DNA of 64,000 nucleotides from Mizuhopecten yessoensis (GCF_002113885.1 NW_018404123.1:307716-371715), one strand, 5' to 3'. Numbered from the stretch's first letter, positions 26,301 to 41,300 are shown. Notes: generated by a model not told the origin, from the sequence alone. Program-made: numbers and translations.

Positions 26301-29300
26301 TTTTCTGAATTCTCGTCCATGTCCATGGCTGAGCCGGTATCCTCAAAGTTTCGGGAATACATATGGAAAAGTTCTTGTTCTAAACTCTGCATTAAATTTG
26401 CTTTTAGAATTTGAAACTCTGCCATCAGTAACGGTTTAATAGGGTCCAGTAGTCTATCAGAATCCTCTGTTGATTTTGAACTTAACCTGCTTAACGTTTC
26501 AATTTTGGACTCAAATTCATGATATTTTGATTCTAGATATCGGTTTTTTAATGTCATTGCACTCATTTGACTTTCCATGCTTTCAACCTTGTTTGCCAGA
26601 TCAGCGTATTGTGTCATTGCTGGTTGAATGCGCTGTGTGTCGATGACCCGTACATGGTGGCTCATCTGTCGTAGCTGGGCCTCTAACGATTGTAGTTTGG
26701 CCATGAGTGCCTCATGGTTGTCACAGTTGTTTTTTATACTGTCCTTGGGGATGACAAGGCTTAAGACGCACGTATCCTGTGCCGAGTTATAGTGCCGAGG
26801 AATCCCCCACACGGGGATGATCGCGGACCAGTAAAGTAGGAACGCTAACAGTACAGTGCACAAATATTCCATAGTGATGTCCCGGAATAACACAGAAGTG
26901 TGAATAATCACTCCACTTACTAAAGGTGATGATAAGAATGGTTGAAAGACAACTTAACAGAATTGTGAACACGCTGCCTGTTTTTATGTATCACCGAATT
27001 ATTTATCCTACAGAAAGTCTGTAAAAATGACAAAGTTGCCACATTTATGAATTCCACAAGTATTATGTATCGGTGCTGAGGTGATAACAAGCATGCTCTC
27101 CAGTGTAGTCCATATCATAAACTATCTGTTGTGCCACATGCTGGGCCAGAATTCATATCATTTTTACACGGAAATCCACACTTCCTCCAGTTTTTGTCTG
27201 TTGAGTAATCCCTCGGAACAGGCTAACAATATATCACAACCGTTAAATTCTTTTTTTTTGTTTGCTATCCAAGTTTTAACCAGATGTATTCGATTTGTAA
27301 ATACCTAGATATTCTCGGTGTATCCTGTAAACATCAGTTCTGAGTTACATTGGTGAGGCTGCAGTCTGATTGTAGTAGGAAGTTAGCTGGATCATTAGAT
27401 ATATTTCCATGCTATTTGAAGTGGGTGCTGTCTGTGGTGCGATCCCCTTGTAGTGAGAACTCCTAACTCCGCACCCTATCAGCTAACACTGATTGGCCTG
27501 GCAGCATACCACATATAATTCATTCACTGTTTACAAATGTATATAATGATCTTTATCGTCAGAACATGCCCACTTATTTGTAACGCGATGGATCATCTGC
27601 TCTGGCATAGCCGTTTGGACTCTGGTCAAAGAAAATTCCTACAGACTGAGAGATTCTTAGGGTTATTGTTTGTAAATAAATGACTGTTTTCGCTGTCAGT
27701 CCGGAAGTAAATAATTTTCGAACGAATAAACAAGTTCAATGTGATTGGGTGTAACCCAAACATCTTCACATGGTACTACAGGGGCCTGTGGTAGTGGGTG
27801 TAACCCAAACAGCTTCACATGGTACTACAGGGGCCTGTGGTAGTGGGTGTAACCCAAACATCTTCACATGGTACTACAGGGGCCTGTGGTAGTGGGTGTA
27901 ACCCAAACAGCTTCACATGGTACTACAGGGGCCTGTGGTAGTCCTCCGTGGGTACTCATCAATCTTACTCCCATCAAAGCTTAAGTTTTCTTACAAATCA
28001 AACATTTTATGGGGAAGGATAGTCACACCAACATTGATCATTGCCAATTACTCTCACATTGATAAGATGTTTCTGGTGTGACATCAGTAAGCACATACAT
28101 TTAACACACAAGATTGGCAAACTCCAAAGTTTGACTCCCAAAAAGCTTACCACCATATATCATTTTTATACCACAAACACATTGTTTCATAAAACTTGTA
28201 TGTATCATCTTATAATTTAGAACATGCATACCAGGTACCTTGGTATAAAATATACCTGAACATGCATACCAGGTACCTTTGTATAAAATATACCTTTATA
28301 CAGACTGAGAGTGTAATTTACTATACCTTTATACAGACTGAGAGTGTAATTTACTATACCTTTATACAGACTGAGAGTGTAATTAACTATACCTTTATAC
28401 ATAATGAGAGTGTAATTCACTATACCTTTATTACAGACTTAGAGTGTAATTTACGATACCTTTATACAGACTGAGAGTGTAATTTACTTCACAATATTAA
28501 CAATCAACAATCAAAAATCATGCTCATTCTTGCAAATGTATTTCTCTGTATCATTAGTCTAGATATAAGAACATTTAAAAGAGAACTATGATAGTGAGCA
28601 TCATCCATACTTGTTCTAAGTCTAAATGAAAGCTTGGGTTTATCATATGGGACAATAGGCTGTTTGCTATAAATAGATTTAATGCATATCGGAAAAGAAT
28701 GGATACATTATGTACACTATTTAATTATGTATTTCATCAGAAAATTAAATTATTTACGCATTTATTTAACAAAATAAATTCTGGAATTCCCATCCCTAAT
28801 TAATTATTAAAGGACGATGTTTGGTTTGATGTGAATATAAATATAGTAGATAAATGTTGTGTCTGTTTTTACATTCCATGATTAAATGGTCTCATTAGTA
28901 CCAAACATTAAACATGCCTAACTCATTAAATGTGCTCTCTAATGNCCCCCCCAGCAGGAGTTTGAGAACTCCTCATAGTGCTAAGACCTCTACAATACAG
29001 ATTGTGCCAGGCTGTACGAAATGGCTAAAAATCTTCAAATACAGGGCAAATAGTCCCAGGATGAATATCCTCTCCAGAGAGGACAAATAGTCCAAGGATG
29101 TACATAGTAGCTAAAAATCCTCCCCAGAGAGGGCAAATAGTCCCAGGATGTACATAGTAGCTAAAAATCCTCCCCAAAGAGGGCAAATAGTCACAGGATG
29201 TACATAGTGGCTAAAAATCCTCTCCAAAGAGGGCAAATAGTCCCAGGATGTACATAGTAGCTAAAAATCCTCCCTAGAGGGGGCAAATAGTCCCAGGATG

Positions 29301-32300
29301 TACATAGTAGCTAAAAGTCCTCCCTAGAGAGGGCAAATAGTCCCAGGATGTACATAGTGGCTAAAAATCCTCCCCAAAGAGGGCAAATAGTCCCAGGATG
29401 TACATAGTAGCTAAAAATCCTCCCTAGAGAGGGCAAATAGTCCCAGGATGTACAAAGTAGCTAAAATTCCTCCCCAGAGAGGACAAATAGTGCCAGGCTG
29501 TACATAGTAGCTAAAAATCCTCCCTAGAGAGGGGCAATAGTACCAGGCTATCCATAATAGCTAAATTCCTCCCTAGAAAGGGGAAATAGTGCCAGGCTAT
29601 ATATAGTGGCTAAAATTCCTCCCTTAAGAAGGCAAATAGTGCCAGGCTGTACATAGTGGCTAAAAATTCTCTCTCAAGAGGGGGAATAGTGCCAGGCTGT
29701 ACATAGTGGCTAAAATTCCTCCCTTAAGAAGGCAAATAGTGCCAGGCTGTACATAGTGGCTAAAAATTCTCTCTCAAGAGGGGGAATAGTGCCAGGCTGT
29801 ACATAGTGGCTAAAATTCCTCCCTTAAGAAGGCAAATAGTGCCAGGCTGTACATAGTGGCTAAAAATTCTCTCTCAAGAGGGGGAATAGTGCCAGGCTGT
29901 ACATAGTGGCTAAAATTCCTCCCTTAAGAAGGCAAATAGTGCCAGGCTGTACATAGTGGCTAAAAATTCTCTCTCAAGAGGGGGAATAGTGCCAGGCTGT
30001 ACATAGTGGCTAAAATTCCTCCCTAGAGAGGGGAAATAGTGCCAGGCTATACATAATAGCTAAATTCCTCCCTAGAGAGGGGAAATAGTGCCAGGCTATA
30101 CATAATAGCTAAATTCCTCCCTAGAGAGGGGAAATAGTGCCAGGCTATACATAGTGGCTAAAAATTCTCTCTCAAGAGGGGGAATAGTGCCAGGCTGTAC
30201 ATAGTGGCTAAAAATTCTCTCTCAAGAGGGGGAATAGTGCCAGGCTGTACATAGTGGCTAAAAATCCTTCCCTAGAGAGGGGAAATAGTGCCAGGCTATA
30301 CATAATAGCTAAATTCCTCCCTTAAGAAGGCAAATAGTGCCAGGCTGTACATAGTGGCTAACAATCCTCCCTAGAGAAGGGAAATAGTGCCAGGCTGTAC
30401 ATAGCTAGTGGCTTAAAATTCTCCCTAGAGAGGGGAAATAGTGCCAGGCTATACATAGTGGCTAAAATTCTTCCCTAGAGAGGGGAAATAGTGCCTGGCT
30501 GTACATAGTGGCTAAAAATCCTCCCTAGATAAGGGAGATAGTGGCAGGCTGTACATAGTGGCTAAAACCCCTCCTCACATTAGTAAGATTATGCCAGGCT
30601 ATACATGGTGACTTTGACTCCTCTGAAAGAGGGAAAATATTGCCAGTTATACATAATGTCTTAGACCCCTCCAATGCAGATTGCGCCTGGCTGTACATGG
30701 TGCAAAAGAAAATCTTTTATTTAAAGTTAAATAAAGGCTGTTTTACAATGTTATCAGTTTGAAATATAAAATGCAATTGTTTGTGTAAGAGATTCAATTT
30801 CTAGTACTGCAGTCCTATTTTTTTTATAATACTTTTGGGAGTCAAATCTGTGCTTACCAGCCTATTAGGGTTCAGTATGTCCCATTTTGCCAAACACTCT
30901 CTCAGTCTGATGAGAGTATACTGATGGGTGATATCAGTGTTAATATTGGAAGTAGGCTTCCTGATGTCAGGATATATAGCCTTGTACCACAGATAATTGG
31001 GTGGGGTGGGGTGGGGAGGAGGGTAGGGTGGGGTGGTGTTGAGTCCTTGAAGAGCAGTTTGATTTCTTCACCACATGGACAAAGCTCTTTAGTTTTCACA
31101 GGAATATGTGGGACGTTTTTGTTGTGGTAGAACAAGGAAGTCTGGTTTAGGGATAATGTATGTTAGTTATTTCAAATGTTATAGCAGGATAAGGGGAGAA
31201 GGCAGATGTGTGGTTTTCACGGGAATATGTGGGAGCTCTTTGTTTGGGTAGAACAAGGAAGTCTGGTTTAGGGATAAGATATTTTTTGTGCCAGCTATTA
31301 TCTTTGCATCTTAATTTTAACTATTAATTAAACAAAACTTTAAAAAGTAAAATTGATAAAATAAAAAAATGATATGTCCAATTCCTAAGGAAAAACGTGC
31401 GTTGAATTAAATAATTTCAACAAATTTTCAAATCATAGAGTTATAATCTTAAGAATTAAACTTGCCAAAACCAACCTGTATCAATCAAACCTTCGTCAAG
31501 GCCCTATTGTGTATAATTCTATGTATGGTATACATGTATTCAAGTAATTAGAAACAAATGTCTATAATTATCTTATGAGAGATATTGGTTGTTAGGTGTT
31601 TGGTCTAGACAGATTTTATTAGGTTATTAATTCAATCACAAATAAAGTAAACATACTTTGTACCTGAGGGTTGCATGCAAGGTTGTGTAACTAGCTCAAC
31701 ATGAACAGGATGAAGATTACCAGATTGGTTTTTAGGATTTAGAGGAGGGACCAGTATTGTTAAATCATGTTAATTGTCACTATTTTCCAGTGCCACAATG
31801 GTATTAAAGAGGCATTTGTTGATACGTTAAGAGAAATGTAAAGAAAAGAAGGAAATGTGACTTTTAAATACTTGAGCAATCTGGGTTTTACTGTATATAC
31901 CTCTCTGTAGTAACAATCTGTCAAAGGAAGAAAAAATATATGTAAGTAAGTGTATATTACATAATATCATGTAAGTGTCGGAAGATAGAGAACCGGGTTC
32001 AATATTCCTAAACGTGTTTCCTTACTCAAACCAACATTCTGTACTCCTGCTGAATCCTGATAAAACAGAGGAAATACCCTTTATATTTTACATTTAATTT
32101 GTTTCTAGGTCCTTAGTCTGGTAACTCAGTTCCATTCTGATATTAATATTTTCTAACTGACACTAGTGTCTTCAGTAATCAGTGGATTACATAAAAGATT
32201 TGACCACATGACTTGAGTTTAAAGCGTAAGAACTATTAAATAGGGTATACTGACGTGACACGTTTGGTTTATTAATACAACGTTTCACAAAATGGACGGT

Positions 32301-35300
32301 GGTGAAGTCACTAACACATAGTTAACCATACTTTCCAGGAGGAAAACATTGAATTTATTATACGTGAAATTTAATGGCTCAGTGGTTAATGTTCAAATGT
32401 AGTTTATCTGTTAGCAGAGTAAACAGAAATAGTTATTTTTTTAATCTTGACCTATCATATCTACCAACTGTGTTGTTAATTATATAAATAGGCTTAAGAC
32501 ACACCTGTATCATTTTCACCTATCTCTATTTCTCATCTTTGTCACTTTCATCATTTTCAGGTGATTATTGATGACACCGACAACAACATTGTGTATGAGT
32601 TTCCGTGTAATCGTTGGCTGGCTACGGACGAAGACGACGGTATGACATCCAGAGATCTCATTGTCAATGTCGGGCCAATGAACATCGCTCCAGGTATGCT
32701 GTCCGCCAGGCTACTTTATAACCCTCGCTCTCAGTATCAAAATAAGACCACTTCTAATGTAAAAAAGTTTTTCGCTAACAAAACCCTACAAACAAAAGTG
32801 ACAAGTTTTTGTAATCAAAATTTGATTTAAGAGATATTCGAAATTAAACCTATCATTTGTAGAAATTCATAAAATCTTTCTGTCAGAATTTAAAAGAATA
32901 ATATTATGGATATTGTCCACACATTTGCTATCCTCACTATTAGAAATGTTATCATTTTCTCAGGATTCCCATTTGTGATTACGGTAACAACGGGGGACAA
33001 ATCAAATGCTGGTACAGACGCCAGAGTTTTTGTGGTTATGAATGGACCACAGGGAAAAACAAGTGGAAAAGTTTGGTTGGAGACTGGGAAATTTGAAAAA
33101 GGAACGACCGATATCTTTAATGTCGACATGGTGGAGATGTTGAGCCCACTCAAGGAAATAGAGGTCGGCCATGACAACAGTGGGATTGGACCTGGCTGGT
33201 TCCTGGACCAAGTGATTGTCTTTTGTCCAAGTACAGGAATAGAACAGGTGTTTCCTTGTCAGAAGTGGTTTGCTACAGACAGTGGCGATGGTCAGATACA
33301 GCGAACTCTCAAAGAACAAAAGGCAGTCCGAAAGACCAAGGAAAAGAGTAAGTTATTAAAGAGCAGTTCCAAGGCAAAACAAAAGAGTACTTTAAAAAAA
33401 GGCCATACAACCACATAATATAGGATGTTATGCAATATACAGAAGACTATGATATTCCTGGACTTATACTTCTCATTGATTTTGAAAAAGCCTTCAATTC
33501 TGTTTCTTGGAACTTTTTACAAAAAAAACTAAAATATTTCAAATTTGGCCCAACTATACTTAATTGGATAAAACTGTTTCAACAAAATATTCACTCAGCA
33601 GTAAACATAGGGGGAAACTTATCACTTTTTTTCAGCATAGAACATGGCTGTCGTCAAGGAGATCCTGTATCTTCTTATATTTTTATTTTATGTGCAGAAA
33701 TTTTATCGATAATTTGAAGAAATAACAATAACATCAAGGGGATATTTGTACGGGATAATGAAATTATTTTATCACAAATTGCAGATGATACATCTGTTAT
33801 TTTAGATGGTTCTAAAAGATCTCTGGATGAAACCTTTAAACATCTCTCTTATTATGCAAAAATATCAGGATTAAAAATGAATTTCTCCAAGACTCAGGTA
33901 GTGTGGATTGGCAGCAAAAAATATAGTGGAAACTCTTACACAACAGATTGTAATTTACAATGGGGAAGCAATTTGCTCGGGATAGACTATGATGTAGACT
34001 TACAAAGAATTACAAAACTGAATTTTGATAAAAAACTTATAAAACTAAAATCTCTTATAGCATCATGGAATAGACGAGTACTTACATCAATAGGTAAAAT
34101 ATCAGTTATTAAAACACTACTTATATCACAGTTTAGCCATTTATTTATAGCACTACCAAATCCTGAACAAACACATATAAGAAAAATTAATAGTATTCTG
34201 TAGGAATTTTTGTGGAATGGTAAACCAGATAAAATAAAGAGAGATGTGATAATTAAAAGTTATGAAGAAGGTGGTCTGAAAATGATACATTAAAAATCTT
34301 TTATAACAGCTCTTAAAGCAACATGGATAAGATAATTATATAAAGAAGAAGGAAATTGAGCTCTTATCTTAGAAACTTATTTTGAAACATTAGCTAACTG
34401 TGGGCTTGAAAAATTAAAAGAAGAATTAAAATGTTGTAGTAACCTCTTTTGGAAAGATGTCTTAGAAGCATGGTACAATACTATTATTTCTAGCAACATA
34501 TACAATACCAATATACGTGAAAACCCTCTGTGGTTCAATAGTGAAATAAAAAACGACAGAAAATTTACATTAAAAAATTCATGGTTTAAAAAGGGAGTAC
34601 AATTTGTATATAACATTATTAAAGGATGGATCACTCTACCATTTTGAAGACTTTTTTGACATACCAAGGCCTAAAGAATGCTGTTCATCATTTTATAAGA
34701 AAAATTCATCACATTTTTACTTCAGAAAAAGCAATTAATACTTAGAAATAGTAAAGGAGCACAAGACATTTATTCAATATTAATTAAAAATAATGTTAAA
34801 CCTACTGCTCAAAGAAAATGGATCTTAAATGATAATATAGATGAAGAAACATGGAAAAAAATATATGAATGTCCTTTTAAAACCACCACCAACTCCAAAC
34901 TACAGTGGCTACAGTACAGAATAAACCACAGAATCCTCACTACAAACACATTTTTATTCAAAATTGGCAAATCACGCAATAACCTTTGCACTTTCTGTAA
35001 AATCCACCCTGAAACAATAGTTCATGTGCTATGGGATTGCGAAAAAGTTGATAGGCTAATTGACGAGCTTAAAACAAATATCATAACTAAAAACCTTACA
35101 CTAAGATTTGATAAACAAGAATTCATTTTTGGTAAACATACATATAAACATACAAAGTTTTATATAGAAAACATCATAATACTACTTATAAAACAATACA
35201 TATATAAAACTAAATGCCTAGAAATAGACCTTAATCTGACTAGTCTCAAAAACCATATGAAATTTGAATTAAAAGCACAAAAGAGCCTTGTGTCTAAACA

Positions 35301-38300
35301 GAATAAATTAATAAATAAGGATGAGTTAAACCATCAAATAGATAACTGGATGCAGTTATAATATGACTATATATATATATATGACATATTTGTTCTATAC
35401 ATATATACATCTATTGTACTTTATCGTCTCCTCACTGTAATAATAATCATCAAATTCTTCATACATTTTAATTCGCCAGGCTTAAGTTAAAATAAAATTA
35501 CCTAGGATTGCTCCCCCATCCCCTGTAATGTTTTGTTTTTGTTTTTGTTGTTGTTTCTGTTTCAGTTTATTTGGTTTTACTCTTGTGTGTTTGATGTCAT
35601 AGGTTTATATATATTGTTTTTGCATCGGTGTCTCAGTGTATGTCTTTATGTATGTACATGGCATTGGCAATTTTTTAATATCTGCTTATGATATCGGATG
35701 AAAATGATGAGATAATGATGGCTGATGATGATGATGGTGATGATGATGTCATATGATGTCATATGATGTCATATGATGTCAGATGAGAATATTAAGAAGA
35801 CTATCTTATATGATGAGGATGAGGATGAGAAAGATGATGATGGGGATGATGATNNNNNNNNNNNNNNNNNNNNNNNNNNNNNNNNNNNNNNNNNNNNNNN
35901 NNNNNNNNNNNNNNNNNNNNNNNNNNNNNNNNNNNNNNNNNNNNNNNNNNNNNNNNNNNNNNNNNNNNNNNNNNNNNNNNNNNNNNNTTGATGTCATATG
36001 ATGTCAGATGATTATGATGATAATGTTAGGAATAATATCTTATATGATGATGATGATGTCTGATGATGATGAGGATGATGATGTTAAGAATTATGCTTGT
36101 AATTGTGATGATTATGACAGATGATGATGATGATGATGATGTCTGATAATGACAATGATGATGATGTCTGATGATGTTAAGAATAATGTCAGGATGATGG
36201 TGGTTGTGATGATGATGACAGATGATGATGATGTTAAGAATAATGTCAGGATGATAGTGGTAGTGATGATGATAACAGATGATGATGATGTTGATGAATT
36301 ATGATGAGGGGGAGTGTAAAAAAAAACGTTTCCAAAACTATTTAAAACTTTATAGACACCTTGGTTTAATATGTATGAATAATCATGTACTTAGGAACAA
36401 TGTCATATATGTTTTGTCTTGTCTTGTAAAAAAAAAATATATATATATATATATACATAACCAAGGAAAAGAGTATGTTCTAAAAAAGCATTTTGTAGAC
36501 TAAATTTGATTTTAAAAGTGTGTCACCTAATAAAAGCAGGTTAAGAGCTGTTAAAAAGAATAATTGTTAGAAAGGAATGAAAATATTATTTTGTTTTGTT
36601 TGTTATTTTACATGGTGATATGTTAATCGTCAAAATATCCTCCTTTTTCTGCAGAGATCCCATGGCTTGTTGTCATATCTACTAGTGATATAAAAAGTGC
36701 GGGTACAGATGCAAATGTCTACATGGTTGCCTACGGCGACAAAGGAAAATCTGACAAGGTTACATTGGACAACAAAGGGGACAATTTTGAGAAAGGGCAG
36801 ACGGATCACTTCAAGGTGGGCATGGTGGACATCGGCAAGTTGTATAAGATACGTGTATGGCACGACAACGACGGATTAGCATCGGGCTGGCACCTCCACA
36901 AGGTCAACCTGGAGAATATGACAACAAAGGAAAAGTACAACTTCAAGTGTGACCGCTGGCTGGCTGACGACGAGGACGACAAATCGCTCATACGTGAAAT
37001 GCCAGCGGAGAGTAAAGATATCAATAAACCTTTACCTTGTAAGTTTTTTGTACATTAACACCGATCTGAAAAATATAAGAGGAGGAATCTTGGATCACTT
37101 TTCATTTTTTAATTCAATGATTAGTCCATAATTATTTTCATGCTTTCTTTTCTGAACTTGCCTCCCTTGGTCTCTGAATGCATCACCATTTTACAAGGTA
37201 AAGCCAATTAAAGACTTAATTTTGTTAAAAGACTGTACTTGAAACTTGGTTGAGTTTACCACTGTCAATTACCCTCATTTATCTCTTATATTGTATGTGT
37301 TTTTACAGTGGTGAAATACGTAGTGGAAGTTCATACAGGAAAGAAAATGAGAGGTGGAACGGACGCCAATGTGTTCGTCAACCTGTTTGGTGAACTGGGT
37401 GATACCGGCGATCGTCCTCTTAAGGAATCCAAAACCAACAGAAATAAATTTGAGAAGGGAAATGTAAGCGTTTTCTCTACACTGTGTTTCTTATTTGTTG
37501 TAGTTCTAGAAAGTTCTTACATTTACTCAACCCTACATGTCAATAGTTCAGGCGATTCTACGTCCAGGAGAAATGTCAAGGTCAATGTGTAGCAAAGGCA
37601 CTGTTGTCTAAAAGACATAAGTACCATAGCAGTATAAAGCAATTTGGATACAATTCTGTAGGTCAACTCACAATCATTGGCTACTTGTTATAGCAAAGCA
37701 AATAAAGAATTGTGATACAAAATCATTACAGTTGTCAACTAAAATATTTACGTTTTCAGACGGACATTTTTACACTAGAAGCAGTGACCTTACTCAAGTT
37801 GAACAAGATCATCATAGGGCATGATGGGAAGGGTGCAGGCTCTGGCTGGTTTCTGGACAAGGTGGTGGTCAAACAGGAGGGCAAAGACAAATACGATTGT
37901 ACATTTGAATGTGGACGGTAAGTATAAATGATGCAATTCAAATAATTGAATAAAATTACTCCTAAAAAATATTGAAATTTCTGAGAAGATCTGCATAACT
38001 ATAGATTCAAAAGATTGTCCAAAGACAAGAGGTGAAAATGATTTTTATTCTGAGAAGATGAGCAAAAAAAGCACTTGTTAGCACTTACATAGTAGGTAGA
38101 GTGATCTCCCTTGTTATGTACCCTAAGTAGGTGTCACTACAGGAAGTTTTTTTATAGATATTAAATGTATATGGATATGCTCATGATACGTCACTATGAT
38201 GTACATTTGTATTTATAAAATAACATCCTTTTTAATTAGTTACTGCCTAGATATGTTGGGGTGTTTTAAGAGTAAAAATTAATAAAATGGTTTCATTTTA

Positions 38301-41300
38301 TGAAAGTTGTTGTTGTAAAAGATTGAATTGAGAGTAGAAGAACTGAAGACTGTTTTATTTATACCTGGTGTATTATGTTTATTTATACCTGGTGTGTTAT
38401 GTTTATTTATACCTGATGTGTTACAGCTGGCTGGCCACCAGTGAGGATGACGGTCAGATTGTCCGTGAGCTAACACTTGGCTCACAAATGTTGTCCAGTA
38501 AGTATTACGTGACTGGTCCTGTAAGATATTTTTGTTTTTGTCACATAGGCACATGTGGTGATTTTAGACATCTTTCCAGATGTTATTTATTTTATTGTTA
38601 TATCAAATATAACTATAAAGCGTGTGGACAAACACAATAGTATTTTATAAAAAATCATCCGAAGTTCATTCCAGGCGAAAAATGTAATATTTTTTGCCGA
38701 ACTAAATGTTCACACTCTGACCTTTGTAAAATTGTTGATTGGGCAGAACAGAAATAAAGTTGTGGATGAAAGTTTCCATTTAGTATTAATGCCAGATCTG
38801 AAATGTGTACAGACAAATCCCCAGTTAGGCCCCACAGTAGATTACTATGTATAATCTGGAGATCAGTTTATACAAGACATCAGCTAGGACCAATGGGAGT
38901 CATTCAGCTTTAACTTATCTTCTAAATTGAAATAATGGAAATGTTGATAATAATTATATAATAATGATAGGCTTTATTCATTTTTTGATAACATATTGAG
39001 CATGAAGCTTGTCTTACATACGGTAAAGATACAATGTAAGATAAAATGTACGGTATTTACAGCTTTATTTCATTGACCCAGAGAGGTGTTCGTCTGCCAC
39101 CAAAATTACAAAAAATACAACAAATCTGATGTTTTAAACCTCTCCACCTTTCAGCTACCACATACAATGTTCATGTAACAACCGGTGACATCAGAAGTGC
39201 GGGAACAGATGCCAATGTATCAATCCAGATATTTGGGTCCAAAGGAGACACAGGAGAGCTCCAACTTCGGTCCTCAGAAAATACATCCAACAAATTTGAG
39301 AGAGGAAAAACAGACATGTTCAAACTGGAATCTGTCAACATAGGGGTGGTAAGTAGGATCAGAATCATAAAAACATCTACTGAATTTTGTTAAATTATTA
39401 ATATTTCAAGTATTGTTTTCTCTTAAACATTTCCATATTAATATTTGATACCATAGTAATTGGTTTTAGAAACCATTGAAGATTTTTGGTGCCTTTCAGA
39501 ATATATTTTCAATTAATAGCTATCACTGTTATGCACGAAATAAATGCTTTACAATAATTTGAGATTAAAAATTTAATTTGTTTGTTTTTTAAGCTAATTT
39601 GGTCCTTTTCTCCAATCAAATGGTTCCGACGTAAGATGGAAATTTCTCACTAAAACAATTTTTACGACTATACTTCATGACATTCCTGTCAATAGGACAC
39701 ACAAGACAACTTTTATACTTGCATCCTGGTAAGAAAATCTGTAATAACTTCAAAGTCCTTTCTCAGGATCATGCTCTGTGACGCGTTTGTTCATGGTAAT
39801 CCCTCCTTACAACATGTGTGCGATCCCATAATACCCAAGTAGAGGAAGGGAGGTAACTCACTGTACACTATACTTCAAGGTTGTGCTACACTATCTTTAA
39901 CCTTTTACTACAAAATCCATGATAATTTTTAATTTGTTTTATGTTTTTAGCTGAAGAAGATAAAAATAGGACATGACAACTCTAAACCTGGTGCTGGTTG
40001 GCACCTCGACGAGGTCCGTATAGATGTTCCGTCACGAGGTGAACACTATCTGTTTGCTTGTCATCGCTGGTTAGCTAAGGACGAGAAGGATGGCCTCACG
40101 ATGGTGGAGCTAGAACCCTCACACAAGGAAGATCGTGAAAAACGTAGGCCAATAATTTGTCCTTTTCAATTTTTGCACAAAAATTGCATATGTATATTTT
40201 CTGATGTGTATTTGTCGGTTATTATTTGGTTGATCATTTTGATTATCATGTGCCTTTTTTACTTTTAAATAATGTCTGCATTGATTTTTGTGTGAAGGTC
40301 TTGTGTAAGATGTGTCAGTATTTACTAACATAAAATATTTATTTCCTAAAGATTTCTTAAGTCTAACAATTAAAGAGAAACACTGTTTTGTCCTCTGTCA
40401 CACTAACATTCTATTTATTTCCACATAACTGTCGCCGGGGAGGTGACCAGTTTTCCTGGTATTGTCACCAATACTTCGGGGATTACATCATTCTTGTTGA
40501 CATATTAGCATAATGTTGGCTTAATAATTATACTATATTAACATTTCCCTTTTTATACGCCCGTCGAAGACGATACGTATTATGTTATCACGTGAGCGGG
40601 CGGGCGGGCGNNNNNNNNNNNNNNNNNNNNNNNNNNNNNNNNNNNNNNNNNNNNNNNNNNNNNNNNNNNNNNNNNNNNNNNNNNNNNNNNNNNNNNNNNN
40701 NNNNNNNNNNNNNNNNNNNNNNNNNNNNNNNNNNNNNNNNNNNNNNNNNNNNNNNNNNNNNNNNNNNNNNNNNNNNNNNNNNNNNNNNNNNNNNNNNNNN
40801 NNNNNNNNNNNNNNNNNNNNNNNNNNNNNNNNNNNNNNNNNNNNNNNNNNNNNNNNNNNNNNNNNNNNNNNNNNNNNNNNNNNNNNNNNNNNNNNNNNNN
40901 NNNNNNNNNNNNNNNNNNNNNNNNNNNNNNNNNNNNNNNNNNNNNNNNNNNNNNNNNNNNNNNNNNNNNNNNNNNNNNNNNNNNNNNNNNNNNNNNCCCT
41001 TGGTTTCATTAATGCGATGCATGCGTTCCATGATGTTGTATTGCACTCATTGATCTACCAGTTATGTTGAATGATTTCTCTTTTAATATCAATTACTCAC
41101 AAATACTTCATATATTTCAATCATACAAACAACTGCTCATTCAATGTGTGACGGGCGTATTATATACCGCTCGCGGTAACCTTGTTTTTAATTAACCTTG
41201 CTACAAATGTCACCTTCAGAAAATGAAGAATTGAATTTTCATTGAACTATAATCAGAATTGAAATTAAAGCTAACTTTTCTGAGTATGTTGTAGCAAGAT

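Noticed and set aside
33430-35361. RT ORFs as an active or domesticated reverse transcriptase
   Set aside because: Multiple stops and deletions, no endonuclease domain, 5'-truncated.
35773-41070. ORFs containing X runs
   Set aside because: Artefacts of the N gaps.
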